Source of the DNA: an uncultured Candidatus Saccharibacteria bacterium
GTDB lineage: Bacteria; Patescibacteriota; Minisyncoccia; Phycocordibacterales; UBA1550
NCBI GenBank assembly: GCA_964457625.1
Contig: CAYWES010000001.1
Coordinates: 83,725 to 144,523, forward strand
Direction: 5' to 3'
DNA length: 60,799 bases
A program made the translations under genes and the position numbers. The notes under the pieces were generated by a model, which was given only the letters and a program-made list of their open reading frames with translations, was not told where the DNA came from and did not search any database. Within the stretch, counting starts at the first letter, position 1, and every line of letters starts with the position of its first letter. Shown here piece after piece: positions 26,940-35,192 of this stretch.

Positions 26940-27744
26940 AGAGTCTTCCCTGCTTATGAATAAATCCTTCTTGCATGAGGTCTTTGATGACATGCTCTAC
27001 GAGATTTTCTTGTGTGACGAGTTCTTTTTTGAGATGCGCAAGTGTTTGAGCTTCTTTTGTAAGAAGTTTTATGATATTTCCCCGCACTTGCCGACGGGAA
27101 CCTTTGAAAGTGCTTTGGCGCACATAGTGCTTGCTCTTAGTATTTGCGTTCCCTCCCCTGCGCGGAAGCTCTGATCCGTAGTCCATCAGCGCCCAGCACC
27201 ATGTGCGGGGGTCTTTTTGATCGAGTGATTGTTCAATGAGAGGAAAAAGTTCTTTATCATGAATCCCCTCTCTATCTTGAAAAAAATGGTGAATAAATAC
27301 ACGACGGATGTTTGTCTCAATAAAGACTTCAGGCTCATTCCATGCAAACGTGCGAATTGCGCCTGCGGTATAGGCCCCGATGCCGGGCAGGGATTCCAAA
27401 TCTTTGCGGTCTTGTGGGATTTTGCCATGAAAGCGACGCGTCACCTCATCTGCAATGCGTTTCAAGGCAAGTGCGCGCCTGTTGTAGCCCATCCCTTGCC
27501 ACACGGCGAGCACTTCACTGAGCGGTGCTTTGTGGAGCGCAGTAATGGTCGGAAACTTTTTCAAAAACTCAGGATATTTTTGAAGCACACGACTTACTTG
27601 CGTCTGCTGGAGCATTACTTCAGAGACAAGGATGTGATACGGGTTCTTTGTCTTTCTCCACGGAAGCGAGCGTTTGTTCTTGGCATAAAAGTCCAAGACA
27701 GTATGCTGAAAAGACGGTAAGTTTTTCTCGGTTCTTGATGCCAT
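26923..27744 (-). CDS. MutY-like adenine glycosylase catalytic domain (HhH-GPD) with a non-canonical C-terminus
   Basis: LPWRKTKNPYHILVSEVMLQQTQV is the MutY N-terminal signature, and the HhH motif LPGIGAYTAGAI is present. There are no Fe-S cysteines and no NUDIX-like 8-oxoG domain; a short basic/helical tail takes their place. Confidence 0.8.
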   Translation of the reverse strand: MASRTEKNLPSFQHTVLDFYAKNKRSLPWRKTKNPYHILVSEVMLQQTQVSRVLQKYPEFLKKFPTITALHKAPLSEVLAVWQGMGYNRRALALKRIADEVTRRFHGKIPQDRKDLESLPGIGAYTAGAIRTFAWNEPEVFIETNIRRVFIHHFFQDREGIHDKELFPLIEQSLDQKDPRTWCWALMDYGSELPRRGGNANTKSKHYVRQSTFKGSRRQVRGNIIKLLTKEAQTLAHLKKELVTQENLVEHVIKDLMQEGFIHKQGRLYAIKE

Positions 27745-27765
27745 AAGAAATTAAGCGCACAAAAC

Positions 27766-28356
27766 CTAAAGGGTATGCGCCAAAGGGTATTGCGCAAATT
27801 CAGGGAGGAGATTTTTCTCATAGAGAAGTCTTGAAAACGCTTCCGCCTCCATGACGGCTCCCGTGAGCCCATTGTGAGGTTTCGGTTCCGTAGGAAGCCC
27901 TACGTAGGCGAGGATAGCATCAAGAGACATTTCGACGCGATTGTTTTTTCGAGGAATTTCTTTTCCGCGTCGAACCATATCCATGTAGCACACGGTATGG
28001 AGATCAAGTGTTCTATAAGAAAAATGCCATGAGATGTGCGCGCGTGAAAAAGAATCGTTTATAAAGTCACGATCAAAGGATGGGTTTTGCCCCGCGAGAG
28101 TTTTGTCTCCGGTCTCCTCCACCCACTGCAAAAAATGCTCCATGAGCTCTTGGAGAGATTGCTTCTTGGGGTCGTGGCACTCCTCCTCGGTAAAACCATT
28201 TACTGCAAGAGCGTCTTTTTGAATCTTTGCGCCGTCCCAGATGCGACACTCATCATAAAAGCGCCGTTCGGGGTTTTCAAAGTCGATAGCCCCAATACTG
28301 AGAATTGAATGTTTGCGGTAATTAAGCCCGCTTGCCTCCATGTCTGCGACAATCAT
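27766..28356 (-). CDS. DEDD-family 3'-5' exonuclease (DnaQ-like)
   Basis: ExoI motif VADMEASGL, ExoII GQNPSFDRDF, and an ExoIII His (PHNGLTGA). Confidence 0.8.
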   Translation of the reverse strand: MIVADMEASGLNYRKHSILSIGAIDFENPERRFYDECRIWDGAKIQKDALAVNGFTEEECHDPKKQSLQELMEHFLQWVEETGDKTLAGQNPSFDRDFINDSFSRAHISWHFSYRTLDLHTVCYMDMVRRGKEIPRKNNRVEMSLDAILAYVGLPTEPKPHNGLTGAVMEAEAFSRLLYEKNLLPEFAQYPLAHTL

Positions 28357-28385
28357 AATACCCTCAGTATACTATATTTTCCTCC

Positions 28386-28826
28386 CTAAAGCCCCTTACA
28401 GTTTGCTGCCGGTGTGTACCCTTTTGCTTCCGCCTCTTGTTTGGAAGCAAAAAATACCTTGTTCTCTTCTTTTATGCGTTGTGCTCCTGAACACCAAGGA
28501 TAATGGTATTTGTTGCCCGATTTTGACCCCACGAGCTGTCCTGAAGACTGTGTGGAGGGTGCTATGGCGTTGATAGTGTTTGCGCCTTGAGATTGCCCCT
28601 GAGGAGACGCTGAGGCAGTGAGAGGTGCGGATGTACCGTCTGCGTATTCTATCCGTACCGGCGTGCGCTCGCCTTCAAGTGCCGAGATACGGCCTAGACC
28701 AAAAGCTCCCAATGTGGCAAAAATAAACAAAAAGGCTAAGAAAAAATCATCAGAAATATCAGGGAGCATTCTACCCTCCCCTCTCCCCTGCCTCTTGATT
28801 TTTAAGACAATATCTTTTATACTCAT
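28386..28826 (-). CDS. Membrane-anchored protein with a C-terminal Cys-containing 'sunset'-type small domain
   Basis: N-terminal TM segment, a low-complexity linker, and a C-terminal SGNKYHYPWCSGAQRI..N.VFF.S..EAEAKGY.PA.NC pattern. Confidence 0.55.
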   Translation of the reverse strand: MSIKDIVLKIKRQGRGEGRMLPDISDDFFLAFLFIFATLGAFGLGRISALEGERTPVRIEYADGTSAPLTASASPQGQSQGANTINAIAPSTQSSGQLVGSKSGNKYHYPWCSGAQRIKEENKVFFASKQEAEAKGYTPAANCKGL

Positions 28827-28889
28827 ACGACATTTGAGTTACAAATGCATTATACGTTTTTATTCAGTATTTAGGCAATTTTTTAGACT

Positions 28890-29162
28890 ATGGCAACCAA
28901 AAAAGCTGGAGGTACAGCATCAAACCTAACCGATTCAAAGCCAAAGTTCCTCGGAACGAAGCTTTACGCCGGAGAAGTTGCAAAACCGGGTTCTATCATC
29001 GTGCGTCAGCGCGGCACAAAGATTCTTCCGGGAACAAACGTGGGCATGGGCAAGGATCACACCCTCTATGCGCTCAAGGAAGGTACTGTTGAGTTTACGG
29101 AGAAGCGCAAGAAGAATTTTGACGGCACGAGCAAGCGTCGCAAGGTTGCAAATGTAAAGTAA
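28890..29162 (+). CDS. rpmA: 50S ribosomal protein L27
   Basis: [17 protein letters not shown]...G......[23 protein letters not shown] is the canonical L27 sequence. Confidence 0.95.
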   Translation: MATKKAGGTASNLTDSKPKFLGTKLYAGEVAKPGSIIVRQRGTKILPGTNVGMGKDHTLYALKEGTVEFTEKRKKNFDGTSKRRKVANVK

Positions 29163-29184
29163 CTCTTCTTCTCAAAGATTAAAC

Positions 29185-29216
29185 AAAAACCTCGCCATCT
29201 TGTGGTGAGGTTTTTA
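29185..29216. terminator. Bidirectional terminator between rpmA and rplI
   Basis: AAAACCTCGCCA-tctt-GTGGTGAGGTTTTT: a hairpin flanked by an A-run and a T-run. Confidence 0.7.
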
Positions 29217-29239
29217 TTTGGCAGAGGATTTGCGCCAAA

Positions 29240-29680
29240 CTATGCCTCCTCCACAACAACAGTAAAGGACGCTTCTTCCCTCTGCGCGACAATTTTCAAC
29301 GTATGTTCGCCGAGTTCTTTGAGAGGTTTTTCAAGTATGAGAAATTGTGGGTCCATATCAAGGCGCGTAGACTCTTTGAGTGCCGCTAAAATCTCGTCTT
29401 TGTGAATACTTGCAAAAAGATGTCCCTGTTCATTCGCCTTTCCTTTTAACACGACGCGTGACCCACGAATGTCTTCAAGATTTTTTGCAAGAAGGTCTGC
29501 GTGAACTTTCTTTTGTGCAACATCTGTCGCGTTCTTGCGCTCAAGGCGAGCCATTGTCTGTGGTGTTGCGATTTCTGCAACGCCTGTCGCGACAAGATGA
29601 CGTCCGTATCCGTCGGGAACTTCTTTTATTTCATATTTTCGTCCGATACGAGGTGCGTCTTTGGTAAAAATTATTTTCAT
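29240..29680 (-). CDS. rplI: 50S ribosomal protein L9
   Basis: N-terminus MKIIFTKD....G.KYEIKEV.DGYGR.L is typical of L9. 146 aa. Confidence 0.92.
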   Translation of the reverse strand: MKIIFTKDAPRIGRKYEIKEVPDGYGRHLVATGVAEIATPQTMARLERKNATDVAQKKVHADLLAKNLEDIRGSRVVLKGKANEQGHLFASIHKDEILAALKESTRLDMDPQFLILEKPLKELGEHTLKIVAQREEASFTVVVEEA

Positions 29681-29692
29681 AGGTTTCTTTTA

Positions 29693-30916
29693 TTATAGGG
29701 GGTGAGTAAATGATGGGTCAAGAAGCATGGTGACAGCTTTCAAAAGCTGAGGATCGCGCTCTTCTTTGAAATCTGCTTCGGTAAGATCAACAATCTCGTC
29801 TGGAGTTATTCCTTCTTCCGAGATTGAGATACCGTTTGGAGTGAGCCAGCGCGCGATAGTAATCTTCAAAGAAGTATCCGGGGTAAGGTTTATGAGTTCC
29901 TGTACCGAACCTTTCCCAAAACTTTTTTTGCCGACAACGTGCGCAATCCCATGGTCTCTGAGCGCTCCCGCGAGAATCTCAGATGCTGATGCGGAGCCTC
30001 CGTTTATGAGGACAACCATTTTGAGATTTTTGTTGAAAATGTCATACCCCTTACTGCGGAGAATTTCTTGACTGGTATGAGGCCCCCTATCTTCTATGAC
30101 CACCGCTTTCCCGACCGGGAGAAAGAAGCTTGCCATATCAATAGCGAGCTCGAGATACCCTCCGGGGTTGTTGCGAAGATCAAGGATAAGCTTGTCGCTC
30201 CCCGAAAGAATAAACTCTCGTAATGCATTGCGAAAATCATTTGATGCATTTGCTGAAAAATTATGGAGAGAAACAACAAAGATTCCATCTTCGCGTAATT
30301 CAGTATCAATTGTGGGGACAACAATCGTGTCTCGCGTGACAGAAATGTCACGCACACCTGAGTCACTTCGCTCAATGGTAAGGACAACGGTTGTTCCTTT
30401 TTTGCCACGTATTTTTAAAACAGCAGTCTCGGTAGTCATGCCGTCTGTCGGTTCATTGTCAATTTTGAGGATTTTATCTCCCGCCTTGATCCCTGCTCGT
30501 TCGGCGGGGGTATTTTTGAGCGGTGCAATAACGACAAGATTCCCCTCTTTGATACCAATCTCCATTCCCACTCCACCAAACTCGCCACTTACGTCAGCTT
30601 TGAAACGCTCTGCCTCTTGAGGAGGGAAAAACATGGTATAGGGGTCACCAAAGCTTGTCGCAAGCCCTTGGATGGCTCCGTATACCTTTTCTTCGTCGGT
30701 GGGGAGGGTTGTAGTTTTGCCCGTGGGGACAAACTTTTTATCAAGTGCATCAAGGGCTGCCCAAAACGGAGTCATATCCAAGCTGTTGTGATTTTCCGGA
30801 GTATAGCGAACCTTCCTTTCCGTGTACTTCCCTGCCTCAAACCCAATCCCGAGAAAAACTAATCCAACAAGAATCGCGATGATAACGAGATAGTGCTTCC
30901 GCAAAAATGATTTCAT
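29693..30916 (-). CDS. S41 carboxy-terminal processing peptidase (Ctp/Prc-like)
   Basis: TM anchor, a PDZ segment (GIKAGDKILKIDNEP) and an S41 core with NGGSASASEILAGAL. The start at 30916 (MKSFLRK) is supported by a TGcGATACT box 6 nt upstream. Confidence 0.9.
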   Translation of the reverse strand: MKSFLRKHYLVIIAILVGLVFLGIGFEAGKYTERKVRYTPENHNSLDMTPFWAALDALDKKFVPTGKTTTLPTDEEKVYGAIQGLATSFGDPYTMFFPPQEAERFKADVSGEFGGVGMEIGIKEGNLVVIAPLKNTPAERAGIKAGDKILKIDNEPTDGMTTETAVLKIRGKKGTTVVLTIERSDSGVRDISVTRDTIVVPTIDTELREDGIFVVSLHNFSANASNDFRNALREFILSGSDKLILDLRNNPGGYLELAIDMASFFLPVGKAVVIEDRGPHTSQEILRSKGYDIFNKNLKMVVLINGGSASASEILAGALRDHGIAHVVGKKSFGKGSVQELINLTPDTSLKITIARWLTPNGISISEEGITPDEIVDLTEADFKEERDPQLLKAVTMLLDPSFTHPL

Positions 30917-30922
30917 GGTATC

Positions 30923-30931
30923 AGTATCGCA
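30923..30931 (-). promoter_or_regulatory. Extended -10-like box TGcGATACT (minus strand), 6 nt upstream of the ATG at 30916
   Basis: Read from the reverse complement. Confidence 0.45.
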
Positions 30932-30965
30932 GAAGATCCCGTAGTGGTCAAACACGCGCTTCAAA

Positions 30966-30974
30966 TGCTATAAT
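30966..30974 (+). promoter_or_regulatory. Extended -10 box TGcTATAAT, 8 nt upstream of the cysS ATG at 30983
   Basis: Read directly from the sequence. Confidence 0.5.
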
Positions 30975-30982
30975 GGTCCATT

Positions 30983-32344
30983 ATGTATCGCTCCCCTGTT
31001 TTCTTGCACAACACTCTCAGCGGAGAGAAAGAACCTCTCGTTCCTATTCGGACAGACGGCGTTCGTATTTACAACTGTGGTCCTACCGTCTACGATTACG
31101 CGCATGTGGGAAATTTTCGTACGATTATTTTCAACGATGTCCTTCGTCGCACCCTTGAATACACAGGATACAATGTAATCCAAATGATGAACATCACGGA
31201 TATTGATGACAAAATCATTGCGCGTGCCAAGCGTGATGAGATATCGATACAAGAGCTCACAAAAACATACACAGAAATATTTTTTGAAGACCTCGTACAG
31301 CTCAACATAAAAACCCCCACCCTTCTCCCCCGCGCCACAGAGCATGTGGACCACATGATTGCTCTTATCGAAAAGCTCCTCAAATCAAACCACGCATACG
31401 TAGCAAGTGACGGTGTGTATTTTGACGTAGCAACTTCTCCGGAGTATGGCAAACTCGCGCGCCTTGATATGACCGCAGAAACAGAGTCGCGTATCAAAGA
31501 AGAGCATTTAGACAAGCATAACGAGAGGGACTTCGCTCTGTGGAAATTTTGGACAGAAGATGATGGGGACTGTGTGTATGACGCTCCCTTTGGGCGAGGT
31601 CGCCCGGGGTGGCACATTGAGTGTTCTGCGATGGCAATGGGAGGACTTGGCGAGACGCTTGATATTCACACGGGAGGTGCGGATCTCATCTTTCCTCATC
31701 ACACCAATGAAATCGCTCAATCCGAAGCAATATCGGGCAAACCATTTGCACATCTCTGGGTACACCACGAATTCATTATGATTGAGGGACAAAAGATGTC
31801 TAAGTCTCTCGACAACATCATCACGCTCAAGACGATTATTGATCGAGAATTTTCCCCTCTCGCATTTCGCTATTATGTCCTCGGTGGGCATCATACGGCA
31901 AAGGCAAATTTTACGTGGGAAGCACTCCGGGGTGCAGAGACCGCCCGTGAGCGTATCCAATCACATATGACATCCGAGATTGGCACTCCTGACAAACACT
32001 ACACGGCACGCTTCCGTGAGCTCATATCTGACGATCTTGATACCCCTCAAGCAATTGCTCTCCTATGGGATGTCATAAAGAACTCTCGTTTATCCCCCGA
32101 AGACAAAACTGCCACGATTCTTGATTTTGATACCGTACTTGGCCTTGGTTTTTCCGCCTCAACGACGCCAATATCCGAACCCATCCCAGAGGCCATACAA
32201 TCGCTTCTGGAGCGCCGAAATACCGCACGCGCGGAAAAGGACTGGTCTATCGCAGACGGCCTGAGAGACGAGCTTGTCGCCCTTGGCTATGAAATCATAG
32301 ATACCCCACAAGGAAACAGTATTGTAAAGCCTTTTCGTCCTTAA
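30983..32344 (+). CDS. cysS: Cysteine--tRNA ligase
   Basis: CGPTVYDYAHVGN (HIGH region), the KMSKS motif and WHIECSAM zinc/cysteine site residues. Confidence 0.95.
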   Translation: MYRSPVFLHNTLSGEKEPLVPIRTDGVRIYNCGPTVYDYAHVGNFRTIIFNDVLRRTLEYTGYNVIQMMNITDIDDKIIARAKRDEISIQELTKTYTEIFFEDLVQLNIKTPTLLPRATEHVDHMIALIEKLLKSNHAYVASDGVYFDVATSPEYGKLARLDMTAETESRIKEEHLDKHNERDFALWKFWTEDDGDCVYDAPFGRGRPGWHIECSAMAMGGLGETLDIHTGGADLIFPHHTNEIAQSEAISGKPFAHLWVHHEFIMIEGQKMSKSLDNIITLKTIIDREFSPLAFRYYVLGGHHTAKANFTWEALRGAETARERIQSHMTSEIGTPDKHYTARFRELISDDLDTPQAIALLWDVIKNSRLSPEDKTATILDFDTVLGLGFSASTTPISEPIPEAIQSLLERRNTARAEKDWSIADGLRDELVALGYEIIDTPQGNSIVKPFRP

Positions 32345-32406
32345 ATCTTCTCCCCAGGATTTCCCCTTTTGTATCCCCAGTGAGGGGTGCAGAGGTCTGT
32401 CTCAGG

Positions 32407-32415
32407 TGCTACAAT
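32407..32415 (+). promoter_or_regulatory. Extended -10 box TGcTACAAT, 7 nt upstream of the ATG at 32423
   Basis: Read directly from the sequence. It argues for the dnaB start at 32423, not the GTG at 32387 or the ATG at 32414. Confidence 0.5.
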
Positions 32416-32422
32416 GACACCC

Positions 32423-33826
32423 ATGGCAGACAAGCAATTCAAATCTCGTACCCTTCGCGTCCCCCCTCAAAATATCGACAGCGAAAAGGCTCTCCTCGGC
32501 GCACTGATGCTTTCCCCTGAGAGCATGTATGACGTGAGCGATGTTATCACGCGGGAATCTTTTTATGTTGATAAGCACCGTATTATTTTTGACACCATGC
32601 TCGATCTTCACGAGCGTCATGAGCCACTTGATCTCCTCTCTATTTCGAGCCGTCTCAAAGAACGCGGGGCATTTGAAAGTATCGGCGCAGGTACGTATCT
32701 CGCTGAGCTCCTCGATACCGTTCCCTCTACAAGCAACGCAAAGTATTACGCGGAGATGGTACAAAAGAAGCATATTCTCCGTACCCTTATCGGAGCTGCT
32801 GAGCACATTTCCGAGCTTGGCTACAACGAGTCCGAGGAAATAGAGACCATACTCGATGAAGCGGAGCGCAAGATTTATAGTATTACGAATAGTGGTGTTG
32901 CCAAGAAGTTTGTAAACATTCAATCAACCTTGGGTGAAGCATGGACGCGTCTCGACAATCTTCACAAAGCCGGAGGCACGCTTCGTGGAGTTGCGACAGG
33001 ATTTGAAGCGCTCGACAATATGCTCTCGGGGCTCCAAAATTCCGACCTCATTATTCTCGCCGCGCGCCCTTCCATGGGTAAAACAACGCTTGCACTCGAT
33101 ATCGCGCGCCAAGCAGCAATTGAAAACAATATTTCTGTCGGCGTCTTTTCTCTCGAAATGAGCACGCAACAGCTCGTGGACCGCATGCTTTCCGCTGAAG
33201 CGCGTGTGAACGCATGGAAGCTCCGGACAGGAAAGCTTTCTCAGGAATCTGAGTTTGACCAGATACGCGGTGCCTTAGATCGCCTCTCAAAAGCCCCTAT
33301 TTATATTGATGATCAAGCGGGAAACTCGATCATGAAAATGCGGTCCGCGGCGCGCAAGCTTAAAAGTGAGCACGGATTAGGGCTCATTATTGTTGACTAT
33401 CTCCAACTCATGACTACCTCCAAGCAGTATGACTCGATGGTAAATCAGGTAACGGAAATTTCCCGTTCTCTCAAGGGTCTCGCGAAGGATTTGGATGTAC
33501 CGGTCCTCGCGCTTTCCCAGCTCTCGCGTGCGGTCGAAAGTCGTGGAGGAAGACCAAAACTCTCCGACCTTCGCGACTCAGGCTCTATTGAACAGGATGC
33601 CGATGTGGTGATGTTTATTCATCGCGAAGACAAGATGGACAAGAATATAGAAAAAAACAACGAAGCCGAAATCATTATTGAAAAACATCGTAATGGTCCC
33701 ACAGGAAAGATAAAGTTGTATTTCGACGAAGAGAAATCAACATTCCTTTCTATCGACAAGAATCACGAAGAGTATTCTCAATCAGGAGACGCTCACTTTG
33801 GAGCCGGTAATGTTGATGACTTTTAA
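32423..33826 (+). CDS. dnaB: Replicative DNA helicase DnaB
   Basis: PPQNIDSEKALLGALM N-terminal signature and Walker A ARPSMGKTT. RecA-like C-terminal domain with no intein insertion. Confidence 0.95.
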   Translation: MADKQFKSRTLRVPPQNIDSEKALLGALMLSPESMYDVSDVITRESFYVDKHRIIFDTMLDLHERHEPLDLLSISSRLKERGAFESIGAGTYLAELLDTVPSTSNAKYYAEMVQKKHILRTLIGAAEHISELGYNESEEIETILDEAERKIYSITNSGVAKKFVNIQSTLGEAWTRLDNLHKAGGTLRGVATGFEALDNMLSGLQNSDLIILAARPSMGKTTLALDIARQAAIENNISVGVFSLEMSTQQLVDRMLSAEARVNAWKLRTGKLSQESEFDQIRGALDRLSKAPIYIDDQAGNSIMKMRSAARKLKSEHGLGLIIVDYLQLMTTSKQYDSMVNQVTEISRSLKGLAKDLDVPVLALSQLSRAVESRGGRPKLSDLRDSGSIEQDADVVMFIHREDKMDKNIEKNNEAEIIIEKHRNGPTGKIKLYFDEEKSTFLSIDKNHEEYSQSGDAHFGAGNVDDF

Positions 33827-33838
33827 TTGTCTTTGCGT

Positions 33839-34453
33839 ATGAGCTCTATAGACCACCTCGCGTCACTCTTTATGAAATTCCCCGGCATTGGTACCCGCCA
33901 GGCACGGCGATTTGTATATTTTCTCCTCGCACGTGACCCACGCTTTCTTGAGACTCTTGCGCGAGAAATCGCAAACTTGCAACACAACGTACACCAATGT
34001 ACCTCGTGCTTCCGCTACTATCCGCGCATGGAGACGGTGGCGAATATCTGTATTGCCTGTGGTGATGAAGCTGACGAAGCACTCCTCATGGTTGTGGAAA
34101 AAGATAGCGACTTTGAGTCGGTCCGAAAGAGTGGTGTGTTTTCGGGAAGATATTTCATACTAGGTGGGACACTTCCCATCCTGGGAGAAGACCCTGCTTC
34201 AAAAATCCGTATCAATGAGCTCGTACAGCAGATACAAAAGAAAGGGGCTGAAGGGTTATCTGAAGTCATCCTCGCCCTTTCCGCGAATCCCGACGGAGAT
34301 ACCACGCGAGAGTATGTTCTCCAGACACTCGCTCCCCTTTCTCAAGAATACGGCTTCACCATATCGTCATTGGGACGAGGACTCTCAACAGGAAGTGAGC
34401 TTGAATACTCTGACAGTGATACGCTTCGGCACGCGCTCAAAAATCGTGGGTAA
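33839..34453 (+). CDS. recR: Recombination protein RecR
   Basis: HhH N-terminus (FPGIGTRQARR), a C4 zinc finger (CTSC...CIAC) and a Toprim domain. Confidence 0.92.
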   Translation: MSSIDHLASLFMKFPGIGTRQARRFVYFLLARDPRFLETLAREIANLQHNVHQCTSCFRYYPRMETVANICIACGDEADEALLMVVEKDSDFESVRKSGVFSGRYFILGGTLPILGEDPASKIRINELVQQIQKKGAEGLSEVILALSANPDGDTTREYVLQTLAPLSQEYGFTISSLGRGLSTGSELEYSDSDTLRHALKNRG

Positions 34454-34484
34454 ATACCACACCTAAACGTTTGTCGAGTAAACT

Positions 34485-34514
34485 AAAAAAACCGCCTTCA
34501 AAGGCAGTTTTTTT
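34485..34514. terminator. Probable bidirectional terminator between recR and rplU
   Basis: A7-CCGCCTTCAAAGGCAG-T7: a short imperfect stem extended by A/T pairing. Confidence 0.5.
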
Positions 34515-34522
34515 AGTTTGAA

Positions 34523-34840
34523 TTATTTAATCGCGTCGATAGTTACTTTCATAAAAGGCTGGCGATGGCCGTTCTTTTTGAAATAGCGACTCTTTTGGCG
34601 GTAGCGGATAACAATCACCTTCTTTCCCCTTCCTTGGTCGGTGAGCGTTCCTTGTACGCTTGCGCCGGAAACGAGAGGCGCCCCCACGAGGGTCTTGTCA
34701 CCGTTGTTTACGAGGAGAACTTGATCAAAGGTTACCTTGTCGCCAACCTTGAGATCATCAGAGATCTTCTCAATGCTAATAGTATCGCCGGGAGCAACTT
34801 TATACTGCTTTCCGCCTGTCTGGATTACTGCAAAATTCAT
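34523..34840 (-). CDS. rplU: 50S ribosomal protein L21
   Basis: MNFAVIQTGGKQYKV..GD is the canonical L21 N-terminus. 105 aa. It has its own promoter, TTGCAA-N16-TAGAAT, within 40 nt upstream. Confidence 0.95.
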   Translation of the reverse strand: MNFAVIQTGGKQYKVAPGDTISIEKISDDLKVGDKVTFDQVLLVNNGDKTLVGAPLVSGASVQGTLTDQGRGKKVIVIRYRQKSRYFKKNGHRQPFMKVTIDAIK

Positions 34841-34915
34841 AGTAATCGTAATTCTACATGAAAAAAATGAAATTGCAAGTACTGGTAGCCCACGAGCGCC
34901 TCTTTTCCCAGATAC

Positions 34916-34943
34916 TTGACAAATATTCTAGATATGATACAAT
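34916..34943 (+). promoter_or_regulatory. Near-consensus sigma70 promoter TTGACA-N16-TACAAT with a TG extension (TGaTACAAT), not followed by a recognisable protein gene
   Basis: TTGACA at 34916-34921, TG at 34935-34936 and TACAAT at 34938-34943. It points toward the 3' end of the convergent rmuC. Confidence 0.6.
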
Positions 34944-34949
34944 GAGGAT

Positions 34950-35186
34950 TAGAGGTAGTCATGAAGGGTAATCTCAAAAGTCCCCGGGTCGGTATCATCT
35001 CAAGGGAGCGTCACTCATATGAGAAACCAGGCACGCTTGAGATTTAAAGCCCTCATGACATGTTTACCACAGCACCCCTGAATTTAATCCTAGATTGGGT
35101 TTATTCATTCAGGAAACGTGCGGCCTGTTCGGTTGGTTTGTGGGATGGATATATTCATCACCAAAACCACCGAGCGGGCTTTTTTA
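34950..35186 (+). ncRNA. Candidate structured small RNA of about 235 nt, class unknown
   Basis: Bounded by the promoter above and by a roughly 24-bp bulged hairpin (35123-35179) plus a T6 tract (35180-35185). An internal 15-bp helix pairs 34960-34975 with 35039-35057. Two ATCTCAA copies compete for a single TTGAGAT. Confidence 0.4.
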
Positions 35187-35192
35187 TTTCCC

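Noticed and set aside
27766-28356. Apparent replacement of the final Asp in the ExoIII motif of the DEDD exonuclease (HNGLTGA where HxxxxD is expected).
   Set aside because: My by-eye alignment of motif III is uncertain, and acidic residues (E) follow a few positions later. This is not solid enough to claim an inactive or variant exonuclease.
34961-35047. A 28-aa ORF (MKGNLKSPRVGIISRERHSYEKPGTLEI) inside the candidate sRNA.
   Set aside because: I did not call it as a CDS. It is short and hydrophilic, has no recognisable family, has only a weak GAGG, and coincides with strong RNA secondary structure. It is kept as a caveat in the sRNA finding.
34950-35186. Attempt to identify the candidate sRNA as RNase P RNA, SRP (4.5S) RNA, tmRNA or 6S RNA. 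AAAGTCCCCGGG recalls the RNase P P4 5' strand GGAAAGUCCGGG. TGTTTACCA recalls the E. coli 4.5S RNA segment UGUUUACCA.
   Set aside because: The matching partner elements are absent. There is no ACAGAA..CGGCUUA P4 3' strand, no GGUCCGGAAGGAAGCAGC SRP domain IV motif, no tRNA-like acceptor or T-arm, and no tag ORF ending in alanines. At about 235 nt the RNA is too short for RNase P. 6S RNA cannot be confirmed or excluded by eye, so the class is left unknown.
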